Shown: positions 1 through 11,896 of the stretch, piece by piece | Layout of the letters: each line of letters starts with the position of its first letter | How positions within the stretch are numbered: position 1 is the first letter of the stretch | Assembly (NCBI GenBank): GCA_033764315.1 | Contig: JANRJA010000018.1 | Coordinates: 17,496-81,495, forward strand | Source of the DNA: Oculatellaceae cyanobacterium bins.114 | GTDB taxonomy: Bacteria; Cyanobacteriota; Cyanobacteriia; Elainellales; Elainellaceae | Direction of reading: 5' to 3' | Length of the DNA stretch: 64,000 nucleotides | Notes under the pieces: model-generated | Told to the model about the DNA's origin: nothing | The model's input: the letters and a program-made list of their open reading frames with translations, nothing else | The model's database searches: none | Translations under genes and position numbers: made by a program

Positions 1-245
1 GCCATTCTCTTTCAGCTACATGAGAGCAATTCCACTAGCAAGGTGTTGTGGCTTTTAGAGGCACTAGAACACCTCAACATTGCCCTGAGTACCAACTTTG
101 GAAGCATGAGACTCAATCTGCAAAATAGCGGGATTAGTTAGGGATCGGCAACACAGTGAGGGGCTAGTCAGGCATCGTTGATCCATCATGACCATTCTGA
201 TCAGAGAATGGGTTTAATACGGAGTTCCTCTGAACTCGATCTGCA

Positions 246-1715
246 ATGCATTCAAAGTCCTTAAAGTTTACATTTCCAATCAAGGCTGACGGGGTAGAAG
301 GGGCGATCGCACAGTTGTCGAGTCGCTTTTTGAAGCCGACTCGCACGTCCTGCAAAGTCGTGCAAGAGCCAACCGATTTTGCATTGCTGGAGTTGTGTAA
401 ACCACTCATTGAGGATTGGAAAAGCGGGAAAGTTGCCTTTGCTAATGGTGAGATCACCCTGACCTTTACATCCGGCAAACTGGCTCGTGAAGCAGATTTG
501 CTAGTCTATAGCCCAGAACAGGGCGATCGCTTTTTATATACAGGCAAGGGGTTTGCAGCGGCTCCGCAACAGTTGCCCATCTCTGGAGTGATAGAGCATG
601 AGGCGATCGCTCAGGTGGCTCAACCGCTCCAAACGTTAGTTGAAACCCTAAACCAACTAACGGCCCATCAACGAGCTGTCGAAAATCGGTTACAAACCTT
701 GATATTGCAAGCTCCAACGACAGCCAGCTCTCAAGCCTATCCAAGCGATCTTCAAGCTGTGATGCAACAGGCGTTAGCCGCTCAAGCCAGTGCGTTTAAC
801 CAACAACTGCAAAGTGCTTTAGAGGCTCAAGCCGCTACGTTTGCCCAGATTCTCTCTAGCCAACTGACATCAACAGCACTGCACTTTAACAAACGGTTAG
901 ATGTCCTGCAAACTCAACTAGAACAACTAGCAGCCCAACTCAAAGAATTGGGAGAACTGAGTGAGCCGATCCAGGTTCCTCAAACCGATGCAGACTGGTT
1001 AACGTTAATCAAACGAGCTTGGGGCATGGTTGGTGACTATGAGCAATATAGCCTCAGCCACCGACTCGCCAATGCCGAAACACCCCTCTTTGCAGTTCCT
1101 GACTGGGTCGCATTGTGTGAATTTGACTGGGCACACAAGTTATCTCCCACACTGGCATTTCTCTATGATCTCATTCATGGCGATAACGGCATTGGCTATA
1201 GCGGAGCCGATATTTTGCAACAGTTTGGCCGTCATGTAGATGCTCAAACGGGGGAGCCTTATTACATCTATCATCAAGGGGGCTTCACGGCTTATGAAGC
1301 GTTGTGGCAAACTGCGAGTAATGGAGAGCATTCCTGGCTACCCGAATTGCAACGCCTGAGTGTCCGCATTGCTAACCGCCATCCCGATATTTTTGAATTG
1401 TTTGGTTGGGAGCCAGAGGCGATCGCCTCGCTTGAAAGTGTCATAAAACGAGCAACCTATCAACGCCAATCAGGGCGGCAAACGGCATCTGATTCTCAAA
1501 GCCACGCTCAACAAAAAACTAATGCGATGAGCGACTATCTTGCCATCTTAAACATTGGGCCATTTACACCCATCACCCTGGAATTGATCAAACGAGCCTA
1601 TAAACAAGCTATAAAAACCGCTCATCCCGATACTGGGGGCAGCAAAGAACAGGCTCAACGGGTAAATGAAGCTTATGAGGCCGTGTTGAAACACTATTTC
1701 CCGCAAGCGACCTAG
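246..1715 (+). CDS. J-domain (DnaJ-like, C-terminal) protein with central coiled coil
   Basis: C-terminal IKRAYKQAIKTAHPDTGGSKEQAQRVNEAYEAV carries the HPD motif; Q/A/L-rich middle region. Confidence 0.8.
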   Translation: MHSKSLKFTFPIKADGVEGAIAQLSSRFLKPTRTSCKVVQEPTDFALLELCKPLIEDWKSGKVAFANGEITLTFTSGKLAREADLLVYSPEQGDRFLYTGKGFAAAPQQLPISGVIEHEAIAQVAQPLQTLVETLNQLTAHQRAVENRLQTLILQAPTTASSQAYPSDLQAVMQQALAAQASAFNQQLQSALEAQAATFAQILSSQLTSTALHFNKRLDVLQTQLEQLAAQLKELGELSEPIQVPQTDADWLTLIKRAWGMVGDYEQYSLSHRLANAETPLFAVPDWVALCEFDWAHKLSPTLAFLYDLIHGDNGIGYSGADILQQFGRHVDAQTGEPYYIYHQGGFTAYEALWQTASNGEHSWLPELQRLSVRIANRHPDIFELFGWEPEAIASLESVIKRATYQRQSGRQTASDSQSHAQQKTNAMSDYLAILNIGPFTPITLELIKRAYKQAIKTAHPDTGGSKEQAQRVNEAYEAVLKHYFPQAT

Positions 1716-1889
1716 TGGAGATCGGGGAGTAGAGAGGGGTAATTTGGGTGAAAGACGACCCTGCCCATGAATTCGGCACATCGCGGTAACGACCCTATTT
1801 TCAAGATGAGAATTGCTGCATGGCGTCACTCGCGGTTGACCCCGATCAAGGCAATTGACTAATGACAACTGACCCTTGAGGATGGATGA

Positions 1890-2102
1890 GTGACTATTGA
1901 TCTAAAGCGTATGCAGGGCGAATTCGGATTTGTGCTTAAAGTATTGCTGATCTCGTTGATAGGAGCGATCGCCATTAAATATATCGCCCCCTATCTAGCC
2001 ATTTCAGCATCGACAGGAGGCGTGTTAGTCAGTGTATTTCTACCCAGCACTGTGATTGGGATCGTTTTAGGATGGCGATCGCTGCAAGAGAAATCCCATT
2101 AG
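1890..2102 (+). CDS. small two-TM hypothetical protein
   Basis: 70 aa ORF with two hydrophobic stretches; GGATG upstream. Confidence 0.55.
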   Translation: MTIDLKRMQGEFGFVLKVLLISLIGAIAIKYIAPYLAISASTGGVLVSVFLPSTVIGIVLGWRSLQEKSH

Positions 2103-2153
2103 AAGCGACTTTTCCATCTCCGTCAACCCATAGCAGTCGATTGAGCCACAGAC

Positions 2154-2876
2154 TTACAACATTTTCTCTAAAAACTGCTTAGCCCGCTCTGATGTAGGGT
2201 TGTTGAAAAACTCGTGCGGGGGTGAATCTTCAACCAACTTGCCTTGATCAAGAAACAAGATACGATTAGCGACTTCACGAGCAAACCCCATTTCGTGAGT
2301 CACAATCGCCATTGTAATGCCCGTTGTTGCCAGGTCTTTCATCACCTCTAACACCTCTTTCACCATTTCAGGGTCAAGGGCTGAGGTCGGTTCATCAAAC
2401 AACATCACATCGGGTTCCATCGCCAACGCGCGGGCGATCGCCACCCGTTGCTTTTGCCCCCCTGATAACCGGGATGGAAAAACATGTGCCTTTTCAGCCA
2501 ACCCCACTCGGTTTAACAACTCAAACGCGGTTTCATTGGCCTCATCTTTAGAAAGTTTTTTAACCTTAATTGGGGCGTAGGTAATGTTTTCTAGAACGGT
2601 TTTGTGAGGAAACAAATGGAAGTGTTGAAACACCATGCCAATATTTTGACGGACGGCTGAAATATTGGTTTTGGGATGGGTAATGTCTTGATCGGCAATA
2701 TAGACCCTGCCCCGCGTCGGAACCTCTAGCAAGTTAATGCATCGCAACATTGTGGACTTGCCTGACCCAGATGGGCCAATAATAGCAACCACTTCTCCCT
2801 TTTTAATCTCAGTTGAAATGTCTTTTAAGACATCCAGCTTACCGAAAGATTTACAAAGAAACTCAACTCTAATCAC
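2154..2876 (-). CDS. polar amino-acid ABC transporter ATP-binding protein (GlnQ-like)
   Basis: Walker [35 protein letters not shown]; likely GTG start at 2876 overlapping the permease stop. Confidence 0.95.
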   Translation of the reverse strand: MIRVEFLCKSFGKLDVLKDISTEIKKGEVVAIIGPSGSGKSTMLRCINLLEVPTRGRVYIADQDITHPKTNISAVRQNIGMVFQHFHLFPHKTVLENITYAPIKVKKLSKDEANETAFELLNRVGLAEKAHVFPSRLSGGQKQRVAIARALAMEPDVMLFDEPTSALDPEMVKEVLEVMKDLATTGITMAIVTHEMGFAREVANRILFLDQGKLVEDSPPHEFFNNPTSERAKQFLEKML

Positions 2877-3597
2877 TGAGGCGCATCCTCCTTTCCAACT
2901 TCTGGGCTGCAAAACTCAGCCCCATTACCATGATGTAGTAAATCGCTCCAGCAAAAATTAGCGGCTCGAAGTAAATAAACTTTTCAGCGGCGACAATCGT
3001 GCTACGCCGCAGGATATCGAGAACCCCAATGACCGAAACAAGCGCAGAGTCTTTGAGCAAGGCAATGCTCTCGTTGACAAGCGCAGGCAAGATATTTTTA
3101 AACGCTTGCGGCAAAATAATATCTCGCATCATTTCTGGGTAGGGCACACCCAATGACATAGAGGCTTCTCGTTGACCTTTATCAACGGCTAGAATGCCAC
3201 CCCGAATTGTTTCTGAGCTATAAGCAGCCGAGTTTAGCGCAAAGGTCACAACTCCTGCTTCGAGAGCTGAGATGGTATATCCCAGCAATTGAGGCGTTGC
3301 GTAATACACCAGTGAAAGCTGCAAAATTAAGGGTGTTCCCCTAAAAATTGACGTGTAAACATTTGCAAACACATTCAACACAGGCACACCTGTAATTTTT
3401 AGCAAAGAGAGCACTGTCCCCCAGGTAAACCCAAAAAAAGCAGAGAGTAGTGTGAATTTTAATGTGACCCAAATTCCCTGCAAGATAAAGGGAACAGAGG
3501 GCAAGATTTTGGTGAAATCTAAATTGAGACCAGTTTGGGGCGGACTGGTCGCCACCTGAGATAAAGCAGTAATAAGATCGAACGACGGAAGCTCCAT
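2869..3597 (-). CDS. polar amino-acid ABC transporter permease
   Basis: [10 protein letters not shown] and the EAA-loop [10 protein letters not shown]; start uncertain (3597 or 3651). Confidence 0.92.
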   Translation of the reverse strand: MELPSFDLITALSQVATSPPQTGLNLDFTKILPSVPFILQGIWVTLKFTLLSAFFGFTWGTVLSLLKITGVPVLNVFANVYTSIFRGTPLILQLSLVYYATPQLLGYTISALEAGVVTFALNSAAYSSETIRGGILAVDKGQREASMSLGVPYPEMMRDIILPQAFKNILPALVNESIALLKDSALVSVIGVLDILRRSTIVAAEKFIYFEPLIFAGAIYYIMVMGLSFAAQKLERRMRLSD

Positions 3598-3867
3598 GAG
3601 TAAGATTCTAAATAATGACTCAATGAAATAAAGGATAAGTTGTTGGGACAACGCTAATGCAGATTAGCGTAGGTTGATCGCCCACAAATGTAGCGAATGT
3701 AGCTTCATGAAAGGAGACTTTTTGCATGACTGAGTGGGCGTCTTGGCGGCACAACCATTGACACCCTTAAAACCACCTCACTCAAGCGATCGCGTGGAAT
3801 GAATGAAATAGATCCCCGAAATCAGAAGATTCCAGGGATCGGAGATTGCTATCAACCAGAATTGAGG

Positions 3868-4689
3868 TTAGCTAGCTGGAACGGGTGGCGCGTCGCCAAA
3901 CCACTTTGTGACTAATTTCTCAATTTCGCCACTATCCAGCATTTGAGTCAAGACAGGGTCAAATTTTGCCACTAGCTCAGACCCTTTTGGAAAGGCGATC
4001 GCCGAGCCAGACTCTCCGGTATTGGGAATCGTGTTGAACTCCAAATCAGGGTTTGCTTCAATGTAACCCTTGGCAACTGTGTCTTCTACGATAGCCGCAT
4101 CAATGCGTCCCGCTTTAATTTCTTGAATGATTTCGTTGATTCGGTTGAGGGGCACTACGTTGGCTCCCTGAATCTCTTTTGCGGCTCCCTCTTGAATCGA
4201 GCCTAGCTGTACACCAACTCGCTTGCCCGCAAGACTTTCGGCTGAGGTCAGGTTACTTCCTGCTTTTGCCACGATTGTATTTTGGGCATCGTAATAGATT
4301 TGAGAGAAATCAACGTTTTGCTTCCGTTCTGCGGTGGGGGTCATGCCTGCCATAACAAAGCTAGCCCGCCCAGACTGCAATGCTGGAATAAGGCCATTAA
4401 AGTCAATATTGTTGATTTCTAAGCCATAGCCCAACTGACTGGTGATATAGGTTGCGATGTCTACATCAAAACCCACAATTTTTTCTTCACCACCTGAGGT
4501 GTCAATAAACTCATAGGGTGGATAGTCTGCGGAGGTCGCCATAATGAGCGTTTCTGTGGGAGAAGCCGCAGGAGAAGCCCCAGGAGACTGGCTCGCCGTA
4601 TCAGTCGGTTGTGAACCACATCCAGCCACAATCACTACTGTTAGAAGGGCACTCAGCAGAGCGGTAAATAAATACTTTAGTCGTTTCAT
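3868..4689 (-). CDS. amino-acid ABC transporter substrate-binding lipoprotein
   Basis: Lipobox VAGC; SADYPPYEF, GFDVDIA and FNGLIPALQSG motifs of SBP family 3. Confidence 0.93.
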   Translation of the reverse strand: MKRLKYLFTALLSALLTVVIVAGCGSQPTDTASQSPGASPAASPTETLIMATSADYPPYEFIDTSGGEEKIVGFDVDIATYITSQLGYGLEINNIDFNGLIPALQSGRASFVMAGMTPTAERKQNVDFSQIYYDAQNTIVAKAGSNLTSAESLAGKRVGVQLGSIQEGAAKEIQGANVVPLNRINEIIQEIKAGRIDAAIVEDTVAKGYIEANPDLEFNTIPNTGESGSAIAFPKGSELVAKFDPVLTQMLDSGEIEKLVTKWFGDAPPVPAS

Positions 4690-5032
4690 TGTTGTGAATA
4701 GATGAGGGAACAGTCTTGTAGTTTGAACTGGTTAAGTTAACCGAGTTAAGCAGAGTGTGAACGGGGGCGGAGAAAATAGGATAACAATTCTTTAAGTGGC
4801 TGTGGTGCTTGTATATCAGCCCTATTGAGATTGATATTGGCAGCGACAACCAAAAACAATGTACCGTACTTGTCAGAAGATAAAGCTCTTAGTTTCCTGA
4901 GAAAAGAAAGAAGGCTTCCACTGAATTTGTAATACTCATCACACGAATAAAGCTATGTTCAAAGGTAGAGCGGTTATTGAGCCTCCTGCGAGAGAATGAT
5001 TTTTAAACACGCAAAGGTTTGCATTCCTTGAC

Positions 5033-5926
5033 ATGAAAGGTCAGTTGCAACGGAACGTGCCGGAGAATTTAGCGGGATATGGGTTTATGGCACCCACGCT
5101 AATCGTGTTGGGAACGTTTGTGGTGTTACCGATTCTCTATGCCGTTTTCCTGTCGTTTCAAAAGGTTCAACTTTTAGGGGAGATTGAGTATCAATTCATT
5201 GGTCTTAGCAACTTTGCTCGGTTAGTCGAAGACGATCGCGTCTGGATCGCTTTGCAAAACACGGTGGAATATGTGGCGATCGTGGTACCCACTCAAACCC
5301 TGTTGGCGTTGGGGTTAGCGGTGACCCTTAACTCTGGAATTCGTGGGAAAGGTTGGTGGCGAGTGATTTACTTTATGCCGACGGTCACATCATCGGCGGT
5401 GTTGACGTTAATTTTTATGTGGCTCTATAACACCAATGGTTTGCTCAACGATGCCCTGGCGTTTGTAGGATTGCCCACCTATAACTGGTTAGGAGATCCA
5501 GCGATCGCCCTCAAAGGCATCATGGTGATGAATATCTGGTCTACTGCGCCTTATTTCATGGTGATTTACTTAGCAGCCCTGCAAGACATTCCGCGATCGG
5601 TCTATGAAGCCGCCGAAATTGATGGAGCCAATGAGTGGCAACAGTTTTGGCACATCACCCTGCCCTTGCTCAAACCCGTGACGTTTTTTGTCATGACGAT
5701 GGGCGTCATTGGCACCTTTCAACTGTTTGATCAGTCCTACATTTTTTCTAATGGCACCGGAGGCCCGAATAACTCAACGCTGACGGTGGTGTTGCTGATT
5801 TATCAAGCGGTGTTTCGCAATTTGCAGTTGGGCTATGGAGCCGCGATCGCCTTTTTGTTGGCAGTGGTGATCATCATCGCCACGGTGTTACAACGTCGGT
5901 TCTTTCAGGAGGAAGAGCGTGGTTAA
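5033..5926 (+). CDS. carbohydrate ABC transporter permease
   Basis: YEAAEIDGA EAA motif; multiple TM segments. Confidence 0.93.
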   Translation: MKGQLQRNVPENLAGYGFMAPTLIVLGTFVVLPILYAVFLSFQKVQLLGEIEYQFIGLSNFARLVEDDRVWIALQNTVEYVAIVVPTQTLLALGLAVTLNSGIRGKGWWRVIYFMPTVTSSAVLTLIFMWLYNTNGLLNDALAFVGLPTYNWLGDPAIALKGIMVMNIWSTAPYFMVIYLAALQDIPRSVYEAAEIDGANEWQQFWHITLPLLKPVTFFVMTMGVIGTFQLFDQSYIFSNGTGGPNNSTLTVVLLIYQAVFRNLQLGYGAAIAFLLAVVIIIATVLQRRFFQEEERG

Positions 5927-6824
5927 GACTCTTGACACTCAAAACCAACAACCAGTGAGACGCTTGCGTCTGTTCAGTTCTCCCAATCCCACTGATAAAA
6001 CCAGGTCAGGTATATGGTTGAGAGTATTGGTATATGCCGGACTGATTACCTATGCCGTACTCACGCTAATCCCGTTTCTTTGGGCATTGTCTGCCTCTTT
6101 TAAGCCCCTATCAGAGATCGCCAGTGGTGAACCCAATTTCTTGCCGCAACAATTTACCCTTGATAACTATCGCAACATCTTTCGAGAGCCCTTGTTTTTG
6201 CGCTGGCTATTTAACAGTGTGGCGATCGCCGTCAGTGTCACTCTTTTGAATCTTCTGTTTAACTCAATGGCGGGCTATGCTCTGGCTCGACTGCGGTTTC
6301 AAGGCAGACAGTTCTGGTTTTTTCTAATTCTGGTGGTGTTAGCCATTCCTGCTCAGATTACGCTGATCCCTACGTTCTTAATTCTCAAAACTCTGGGCTG
6401 GCTCAACTCCTATCAAGGCATGATTGTGCCAGGAATGGTCAATGCCACCTTTATCTTTATGATGCGGCAATTTTTTATGAATTTTCCGCGTGAACTGGAG
6501 GAAGCGGCTCAACTCGATGGACTGACTCGGTTTGGCACCTTTTGGCGCATTGTCTTACCTCTGGCAAAACCTGCCCTCGCGGCTCAAGCAATTTTTGTCT
6601 TTATGGGCAGTTGGAATAACTTTTTAATGCCAGTGGTGATTTTGTTTGACCCAGAGATGTTTACCCTGCCGTTGGGTCTAAACACCTTCAAAGGCACCTA
6701 CATTAGTTACTGGAACTACATCATGGCGGCCTCAATGGTCTTCACGTTGCCCGCATTGGCAATCTACGCCTTCTTTAACCGCTACTTTATTGAGGGAGTG
6801 ACCTTTACGGGAGGCAAGGGGTAA
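5919..6824 (+). CDS. carbohydrate ABC transporter permease
   Basis: ELEEAAQLDG motif; overlaps the upstream permease. Confidence 0.93.
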   Translation: MVKTLDTQNQQPVRRLRLFSSPNPTDKTRSGIWLRVLVYAGLITYAVLTLIPFLWALSASFKPLSEIASGEPNFLPQQFTLDNYRNIFREPLFLRWLFNSVAIAVSVTLLNLLFNSMAGYALARLRFQGRQFWFFLILVVLAIPAQITLIPTFLILKTLGWLNSYQGMIVPGMVNATFIFMMRQFFMNFPRELEEAAQLDGLTRFGTFWRIVLPLAKPALAAQAIFVFMGSWNNFLMPVVILFDPEMFTLPLGLNTFKGTYISYWNYIMAASMVFTLPALAIYAFFNRYFIEGVTFTGGKG

Positions 6825-6980
6825 GGAGAAGAAAGAAGAAAGAAAAGAGAAGAAAGAAGGCTGAAGGCTAAAGGATGAGAGGGGATACCGCAGAATGCTG
6901 ATTGAGACATAAAACGCTTTTCTCCCTTCTTTTTTCTGTTTTCCCTCTTCTTTTTATGCTTCGTCCTTCATCCTTTTCAG
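6825..6980. repeat. purine-rich tract facing a pyrimidine-rich tract between convergent genes (short tandem repeat-like)
   Basis: GAAGAAAGAAGAAAGAAAAGAGAAGAAAG... and TTTTCTCCCTTCTTTTTTCTG... Confidence 0.5.
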
Positions 6981-8564
6981 TAAACCCAACCCGGCGATCG
7001 CCAATAAGGTCGGGGTTAGCCAATCGCCCCACCGGACAAAGAGAGTTTGGGTTTGACGACGATAGATCGTGGCGATGTGGGTTTCATAGGTTCTAAAGTC
7101 AGAGATCCAGATGGTGTTACCGTGGGGATCAACGACTCCAGAAAATCCCGTATTCGTAGCACGCACTGCCCAGCGATCGCTCTCAATCGACCGCATGATG
7201 TCTTGAGCGTGATGTTGTGCCATCATCGCGGCTCCATAGGGGTCGTTGTTTGAAGCCGTGAGAATGAACTGTCCTCCTGTGGCGGCCTGATCTCGAAAGA
7301 TGTAGGCAAAGGCAGAGTCAAAGCAAATTCCAGCGATCGCCCTGCCAAAGGGAGTGTCAACGTGTTGATGGCGCGAACCCGGAATCATCGATAGCTCAAC
7401 CGGGGATAAGCGTCTAATCACCTTTCCTAATATCGGCTCAAATGGCAAATATTCACCCAGGGGAACGGGTTTAATTTTGTCGTAGCGGCTCACAATTTCA
7501 CCGTTGCCTGCAATGGTAAAGAGGCTCTGTGTGACTTTGCCATTCTCTAATCCAGGAGTGCCAATCCAGGTAGGGATGCCCGCTTGCAAAATCGCTTGAT
7601 AGAGGGGGTCACGCGATCGATTCATGCCTACCCAAAAATAGGGCAAGGCTCCCTCTGGCATCAGCACGGCATCAACACCTTGAGCCGCTAAGGTGCGATA
7701 GCCATCGGTGTAAGCTTTGACTGCCCGACGCACACCTTCCTCAAATAGTTTAATGCGAGTGGGGATGTTGCCCTGGATGATGCCAATGTTGAGCTGAGAG
7801 TTGGGCAGTTCAACCAGAGGTCGAGTATAGAGCCATGCCCCAATGCCATGCAGGGTGAGCAAGAGCGTCAAAGTAATCGTTAGTAGCCCTTGAGCGATCC
7901 GGTTTCTGGAGGAACTGGAGTAATACAACCACGCTTCTGCTAACAAGCCATTGACAGCCACGATCGCCCCCGTCACAGCATTAGGCCCTGAGAGTTGCCC
8001 CAGATGTAAAATCGGCAGATTATGAGGACTTTGAGTAAACGACAACGAAGCCCACCAGAGGGCAGATTGGCTCCACAGTCCTTCGGTCAGGCACCACAAC
8101 GCTGTGCCCAATAGCACCGACAGCAACGGTAAACCCAGTGACAGGGTCGATTCAGAGCCAAGCCGATGAGGGAGAAGGATCTTTCCTCGGTTGAGCAAAA
8201 ATCGGAAGCTCCAGCCCCAAAAACTCACTAGTGCTCCGCCCCACAGGGTGATAGCTCCCCAGGCAAATAGAGCGATCGCCACACTGGCTAACCAGGGCAC
8301 TCCCATCCACGTCAAGGGATGCAAATCGCGAATCCAGGCGATCGCCAGACCGTAGTAGCCAAATGCCCAAAACAAGGGATACAACCATTGGCTGAATTGG
8401 CTACCCGGATCACTCACATGCAGTCGAATCAACACCCACAAAGGAACCAACGCCACCCAGGCTAACCACCAGGCATTGACCGGAGCCACCGTTAACCCCA
8501 TGAGCACTCCGCCACTGAAGGCGATCGCCAGTTTTGAGGGAAAGTTCAACCGTTTTGCAATCAT
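6954..8564 (-). CDS. lnt: apolipoprotein N-acyltransferase
   Basis: TM N-terminus; QGNI, PEGA, YDKIKPVPLGEY, ICFDS and RATNTGFS nitrilase-fold motifs. Confidence 0.93.
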   Translation of the reverse strand: MIAKRLNFPSKLAIAFSGGVLMGLTVAPVNAWWLAWVALVPLWVLIRLHVSDPGSQFSQWLYPLFWAFGYYGLAIAWIRDLHPLTWMGVPWLASVAIALFAWGAITLWGGALVSFWGWSFRFLLNRGKILLPHRLGSESTLSLGLPLLSVLLGTALWCLTEGLWSQSALWWASLSFTQSPHNLPILHLGQLSGPNAVTGAIVAVNGLLAEAWLYYSSSSRNRIAQGLLTITLTLLLTLHGIGAWLYTRPLVELPNSQLNIGIIQGNIPTRIKLFEEGVRRAVKAYTDGYRTLAAQGVDAVLMPEGALPYFWVGMNRSRDPLYQAILQAGIPTWIGTPGLENGKVTQSLFTIAGNGEIVSRYDKIKPVPLGEYLPFEPILGKVIRRLSPVELSMIPGSRHQHVDTPFGRAIAGICFDSAFAYIFRDQAATGGQFILTASNNDPYGAAMMAQHHAQDIMRSIESDRWAVRATNTGFSGVVDPHGNTIWISDFRTYETHIATIYRRQTQTLFVRWGDWLTPTLLAIAGLGLLKRMKDEA

Positions 8565-8593
8565 ATACTACACCCTTAATCCAAGCTACACCC

Positions 8594-10330
8594 TTAATGC
8601 AAGTCAGCATCCCAAACCGCCATATAAATGCGATCGTGATCACTATGCCGTTCAATAATGCCTTCTAGTCCATCTATCTCAAAGGTGTAGCTATTTGATT
8701 GGCGTTGCTGCACCTGCTTTAATTGGTGCTCCATTTCTTCAGTCAACTGCCCACCGACCATGCCGTTTAAGGTAACTCGCAACGTCAGCAGATCGATAGA
8801 TTGAGCAAAGGAGGCTTCGCTTTGGCGCACCTGATTGGTATCGCGATCGTAGATATAGGCCAGCGTCACCTTGTTGGGGATCACGTCATATAATGCTGTG
8901 CGAGTATTGCGCCAATAGCCATCGCTTACACGAGTGGGTGTCCCCAACAATGCCACGATTTGATCTTCACTAGTGCCAACGGTTACTCCTGGAATGCTAG
9001 GACGGCTCGACCTGTTCCCTCGATCTAGCTCTGGTTGGGGTTCATTCTTTGGTTCTGGAGTCGCCGGGGGAGTGCTCTCTGCGATTGTGATGGGGCCTAA
9101 AGCAGGCGGAGGCGTAACTGAGCTGGCCTCTGGAGCAGGCACCTCCTCTGGCAGCTCAACAGGAGTGGGCTGACGCTCAGGGCTAGGGCTTGGTTCGGTT
9201 GAGCCATCCGTGGTTGCGACAGGTTGGGTCTGCTGCCATACAGTAGCGATTGCCGCAATAGCGATAGAGGTAATGACGACCACCCCTAAGGCTGTCACCA
9301 ATGACCGAGACGGCCCCCGTCGCCTGGGTGGGGTTGAATGAGCGAGAGGATCTGGGGAAGCCAGATCTGCATCAGGAGCGGGGTAAGGAGTACGGGGAGC
9401 GATCGCCTGGGTTGCCGCTCTCGACACCGGATCAGGGATTGGGGTTGGAGGGGTTAAAAGCACTCCATTGGTTCCATGCAGTTCCTGTACTGGAGGCGGC
9501 ATTGACACCGACACAGAAGCATTACCAGGCAACAACGCCAACCACTCTGCAATTGTTTGCGGGCGATAGCGCACTTCTACCGCCATGCCTCGCATGATGG
9601 CCTGGTTAATCGCCGCACTCAACTCTGGATGCAGATCTCGTGGAGTAGGCATCGGTTGGCGATCGCGCAAAATCGCCGCCACCGGGATATAGGCCGTCAA
9701 TAGCGTATAAAGGGTTGCTGCCAGGGCATAGACATCTGTGGCAGGAGTACGCTTTTCATGAGAGAGATATTGCTCCACGGGAGCATAACCCGTTGAAATA
9801 ATGCTGGTATGGGTTTGGGCGACACCGGGGGTAAACTCTCGCGCAATGCCAAAGTCAATTAAGACAACTTCTTGTGTGCCCTGCCGCAGAATAATGTTTT
9901 GGGGCTTCACATCGCGGTGTAACATGCCGTTTTGGTGAACCACTTCCAGGGCTGCCCCAATCTGCCGAATATAATAAATGGCGATCGCTTCAGCTAGAGG
10001 GCGATCGGGCAACACCACCTGTTCTAAGGTTTGCCCCGGAATATAATCCATCACCAAATAGGGAATGCCTTCCTCCATAAAGAAGTCATTCACCCGCACG
10101 ATGTTGGGGTGGATGCACACGGCCAGTCGGCGTCCCTCATCCTGAAACTGCTGCACCAATCGCGGAAATTGGGGGTCTTGTTGATTTCCCTGGTTCAGCG
10201 TCTTAATCACAACAACCTGCCCCAAATAGTGGTGAGTTGCCTTAAACGTGATGCCAAAGCCACCCTGACCCAATTGCTGATCCAGGGTATACTTTCCACC
10301 TTGCAACGTCTTACCCACTGGCGTATCCAT
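8594..10330 (-). CDS. Ser/Thr protein kinase with TM segment and Pro-rich extracytoplasmic region
   Basis: [15 protein letters not shown] and DFG motifs. Confidence 0.93.
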   Translation of the reverse strand: MDTPVGKTLQGGKYTLDQQLGQGGFGITFKATHHYLGQVVVIKTLNQGNQQDPQFPRLVQQFQDEGRRLAVCIHPNIVRVNDFFMEEGIPYLVMDYIPGQTLEQVVLPDRPLAEAIAIYYIRQIGAALEVVHQNGMLHRDVKPQNIILRQGTQEVVLIDFGIAREFTPGVAQTHTSIISTGYAPVEQYLSHEKRTPATDVYALAATLYTLLTAYIPVAAILRDRQPMPTPRDLHPELSAAINQAIMRGMAVEVRYRPQTIAEWLALLPGNASVSVSMPPPVQELHGTNGVLLTPPTPIPDPVSRAATQAIAPRTPYPAPDADLASPDPLAHSTPPRRRGPSRSLVTALGVVVITSIAIAAIATVWQQTQPVATTDGSTEPSPSPERQPTPVELPEEVPAPEASSVTPPPALGPITIAESTPPATPEPKNEPQPELDRGNRSSRPSIPGVTVGTSEDQIVALLGTPTRVSDGYWRNTRTALYDVIPNKVTLAYIYDRDTNQVRQSEASFAQSIDLLTLRVTLNGMVGGQLTEEMEHQLKQVQQRQSNSYTFEIDGLEGIIERHSDHDRIYMAVWDADLH

Positions 10331-10430
10331 GATTTCCTGACAGGGCTAATGCTCTCCAAAGCTTAACATTTCAGGCTTGATCGCTTCAGGAAATCTCTCT
10401 GGTGCTTCGTTAAGTATGTTGCGAGGTTGA

Positions 10431-10928
10431 TCAAAGGCCATAGTGTTGTTGTACTTGCTCTAAGGGAACATGCCACATCTGCTCAGGTTGCCAACTATCG
10501 ACATCAAAGCTAGAGTGACTCCCCCGCTGATAGGCACTCCACAGTCTGGCTTGTACTTCTTGCCAAGTCGGGTGTTGGTGATAAATAGGCTTGAGCAACC
10601 CCACCCCTAAAAGGACGTGTGCGACTCGAAACTTTGACCCCAACAAAAAGGCTTGCACCTCTGCTTCGCCAAGAGGGTCAGTGTCATACCCCGTTAAGAC
10701 GTGAATGCCATCGTGTAAGTGTTTGCGGCGAGGTCCAGTGGTGAATGGAGCCAGGTTACGGCGATCGAGCGACTCTGCCCAGGCGTGACCAAGAGTGCCT
10801 ACTGGGAGCGATCGCAACTGCTCTAAATGGACAAACGGAGGAACACTAACACCCAACTTGTCAGAGATGCGATCGATCAGGTTGAGAAACTGTTGAATCT
10901 TAGCGGGTGAAGGAGGAGAGAAAAGCAT
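10431..10928 (-). CDS. Coq4-like protein
   Basis: LRSLPVGTLG followed by HDGIHVLTGYDTDPLGEAE (HDxxH...E); likely ATG at 10928. Confidence 0.7.
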   Translation of the reverse strand: MLFSPPSPAKIQQFLNLIDRISDKLGVSVPPFVHLEQLRSLPVGTLGHAWAESLDRRNLAPFTTGPRRKHLHDGIHVLTGYDTDPLGEAEVQAFLLGSKFRVAHVLLGVGLLKPIYHQHPTWQEVQARLWSAYQRGSHSSFDVDSWQPEQMWHVPLEQVQQHYGL

Positions 10929-11155
10929 AGGAAAAAGAAAGAGGAAAGAACAAGGGTCAAAAGAGGAGAGAGATAGGGGTGCGGCAGTCGGATGGAGATT
11001 GACGCTTGAGGCACACAGGAGAGTTGACCAAATGCCACACACCCTTGATCGACCGGGGCATCCTGTCAAAGGGCTCAACCCAAACAAGGTTGGGCAGGGT
11101 AGTTTGCCAGCCCTGACAAAAACCTGTATGGGTCATCTAGATCGAAGAAATCGGA

Positions 11156-11896
11156 TTAAACGAAGGTAAACCCGCTGTTGAAATCAGAAATGCTAACCCC
11201 AGCCACTACTCCAATTAATTCAGGGGTTCCAGTACCAGTGGTATTTTTGTAATAGATTCCTGTTCCTGCAAAACCAAGCTGCTCTGGCAGCGCACCCACG
11301 CTGTAGTTCTCAGCACTTCCCTTGAGTTGAATCTTGTCTTGCCCAGGGTTAAAGTCCACGATCAAGGCATAGTCACTGAGTCCAGCGGTGATGGAGTTGC
11401 CATCGTCATAAAAGACCATTGAGCGATCGCCCAGAACAAAGGTATCTTGACCTCCACCCCCACAGAGCGTGTCTACATCGCCTACGCCGAAGTCAGTCGC
11501 GGTTGCCCCCGTTAGCGTATCGTTGCCTAGCCCAGTCCACACGACATCATTGCCATCGGTGCCCGTCACGCTATCGTTGGTGCGGGGGAAGCGGGAGGCT
11601 TGAGCAATATTTTGCAAATCATAGAAAATAGTACGGGCTTCAGTTGGGGTGACACCTGCGCTGTCTACCACAGCTAAAACATCGCCAACAATCGCTTTAA
11701 ACTCAGAACGAGTGATCGTGCGATCGCTAAAGGCGGCTTTTACACTTGCTTTAAGTTCCGCCACGCTACTGTCAGAGGGGTAATTATCGACACTGGTTTG
11801 AACGTCACTCACTAACTTGCGAATGTTTTGCTTTTGGGTTTCAGACAGCCGAGCCGCACGTCGAGCCGCAATGCGAGCATTGATTGAAGTTGTCAT
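11156..11896 (-). CDS. calcium-binding RTX-repeat protein with helical N-terminal domain
   Basis: GTDGNDVVWTGLGNDTLTG, GGGGQDTF, DFNPGQDKIQL; AAGGAG precedes ATG at 11896. Confidence 0.75.
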   Translation of the reverse strand: MTTSINARIAARRAARLSETQKQNIRKLVSDVQTSVDNYPSDSSVAELKASVKAAFSDRTITRSEFKAIVGDVLAVVDSAGVTPTEARTIFYDLQNIAQASRFPRTNDSVTGTDGNDVVWTGLGNDTLTGATATDFGVGDVDTLCGGGGQDTFVLGDRSMVFYDDGNSITAGLSDYALIVDFNPGQDKIQLKGSAENYSVGALPEQLGFAGTGIYYKNTTGTGTPELIGVVAGVSISDFNSGFTFV

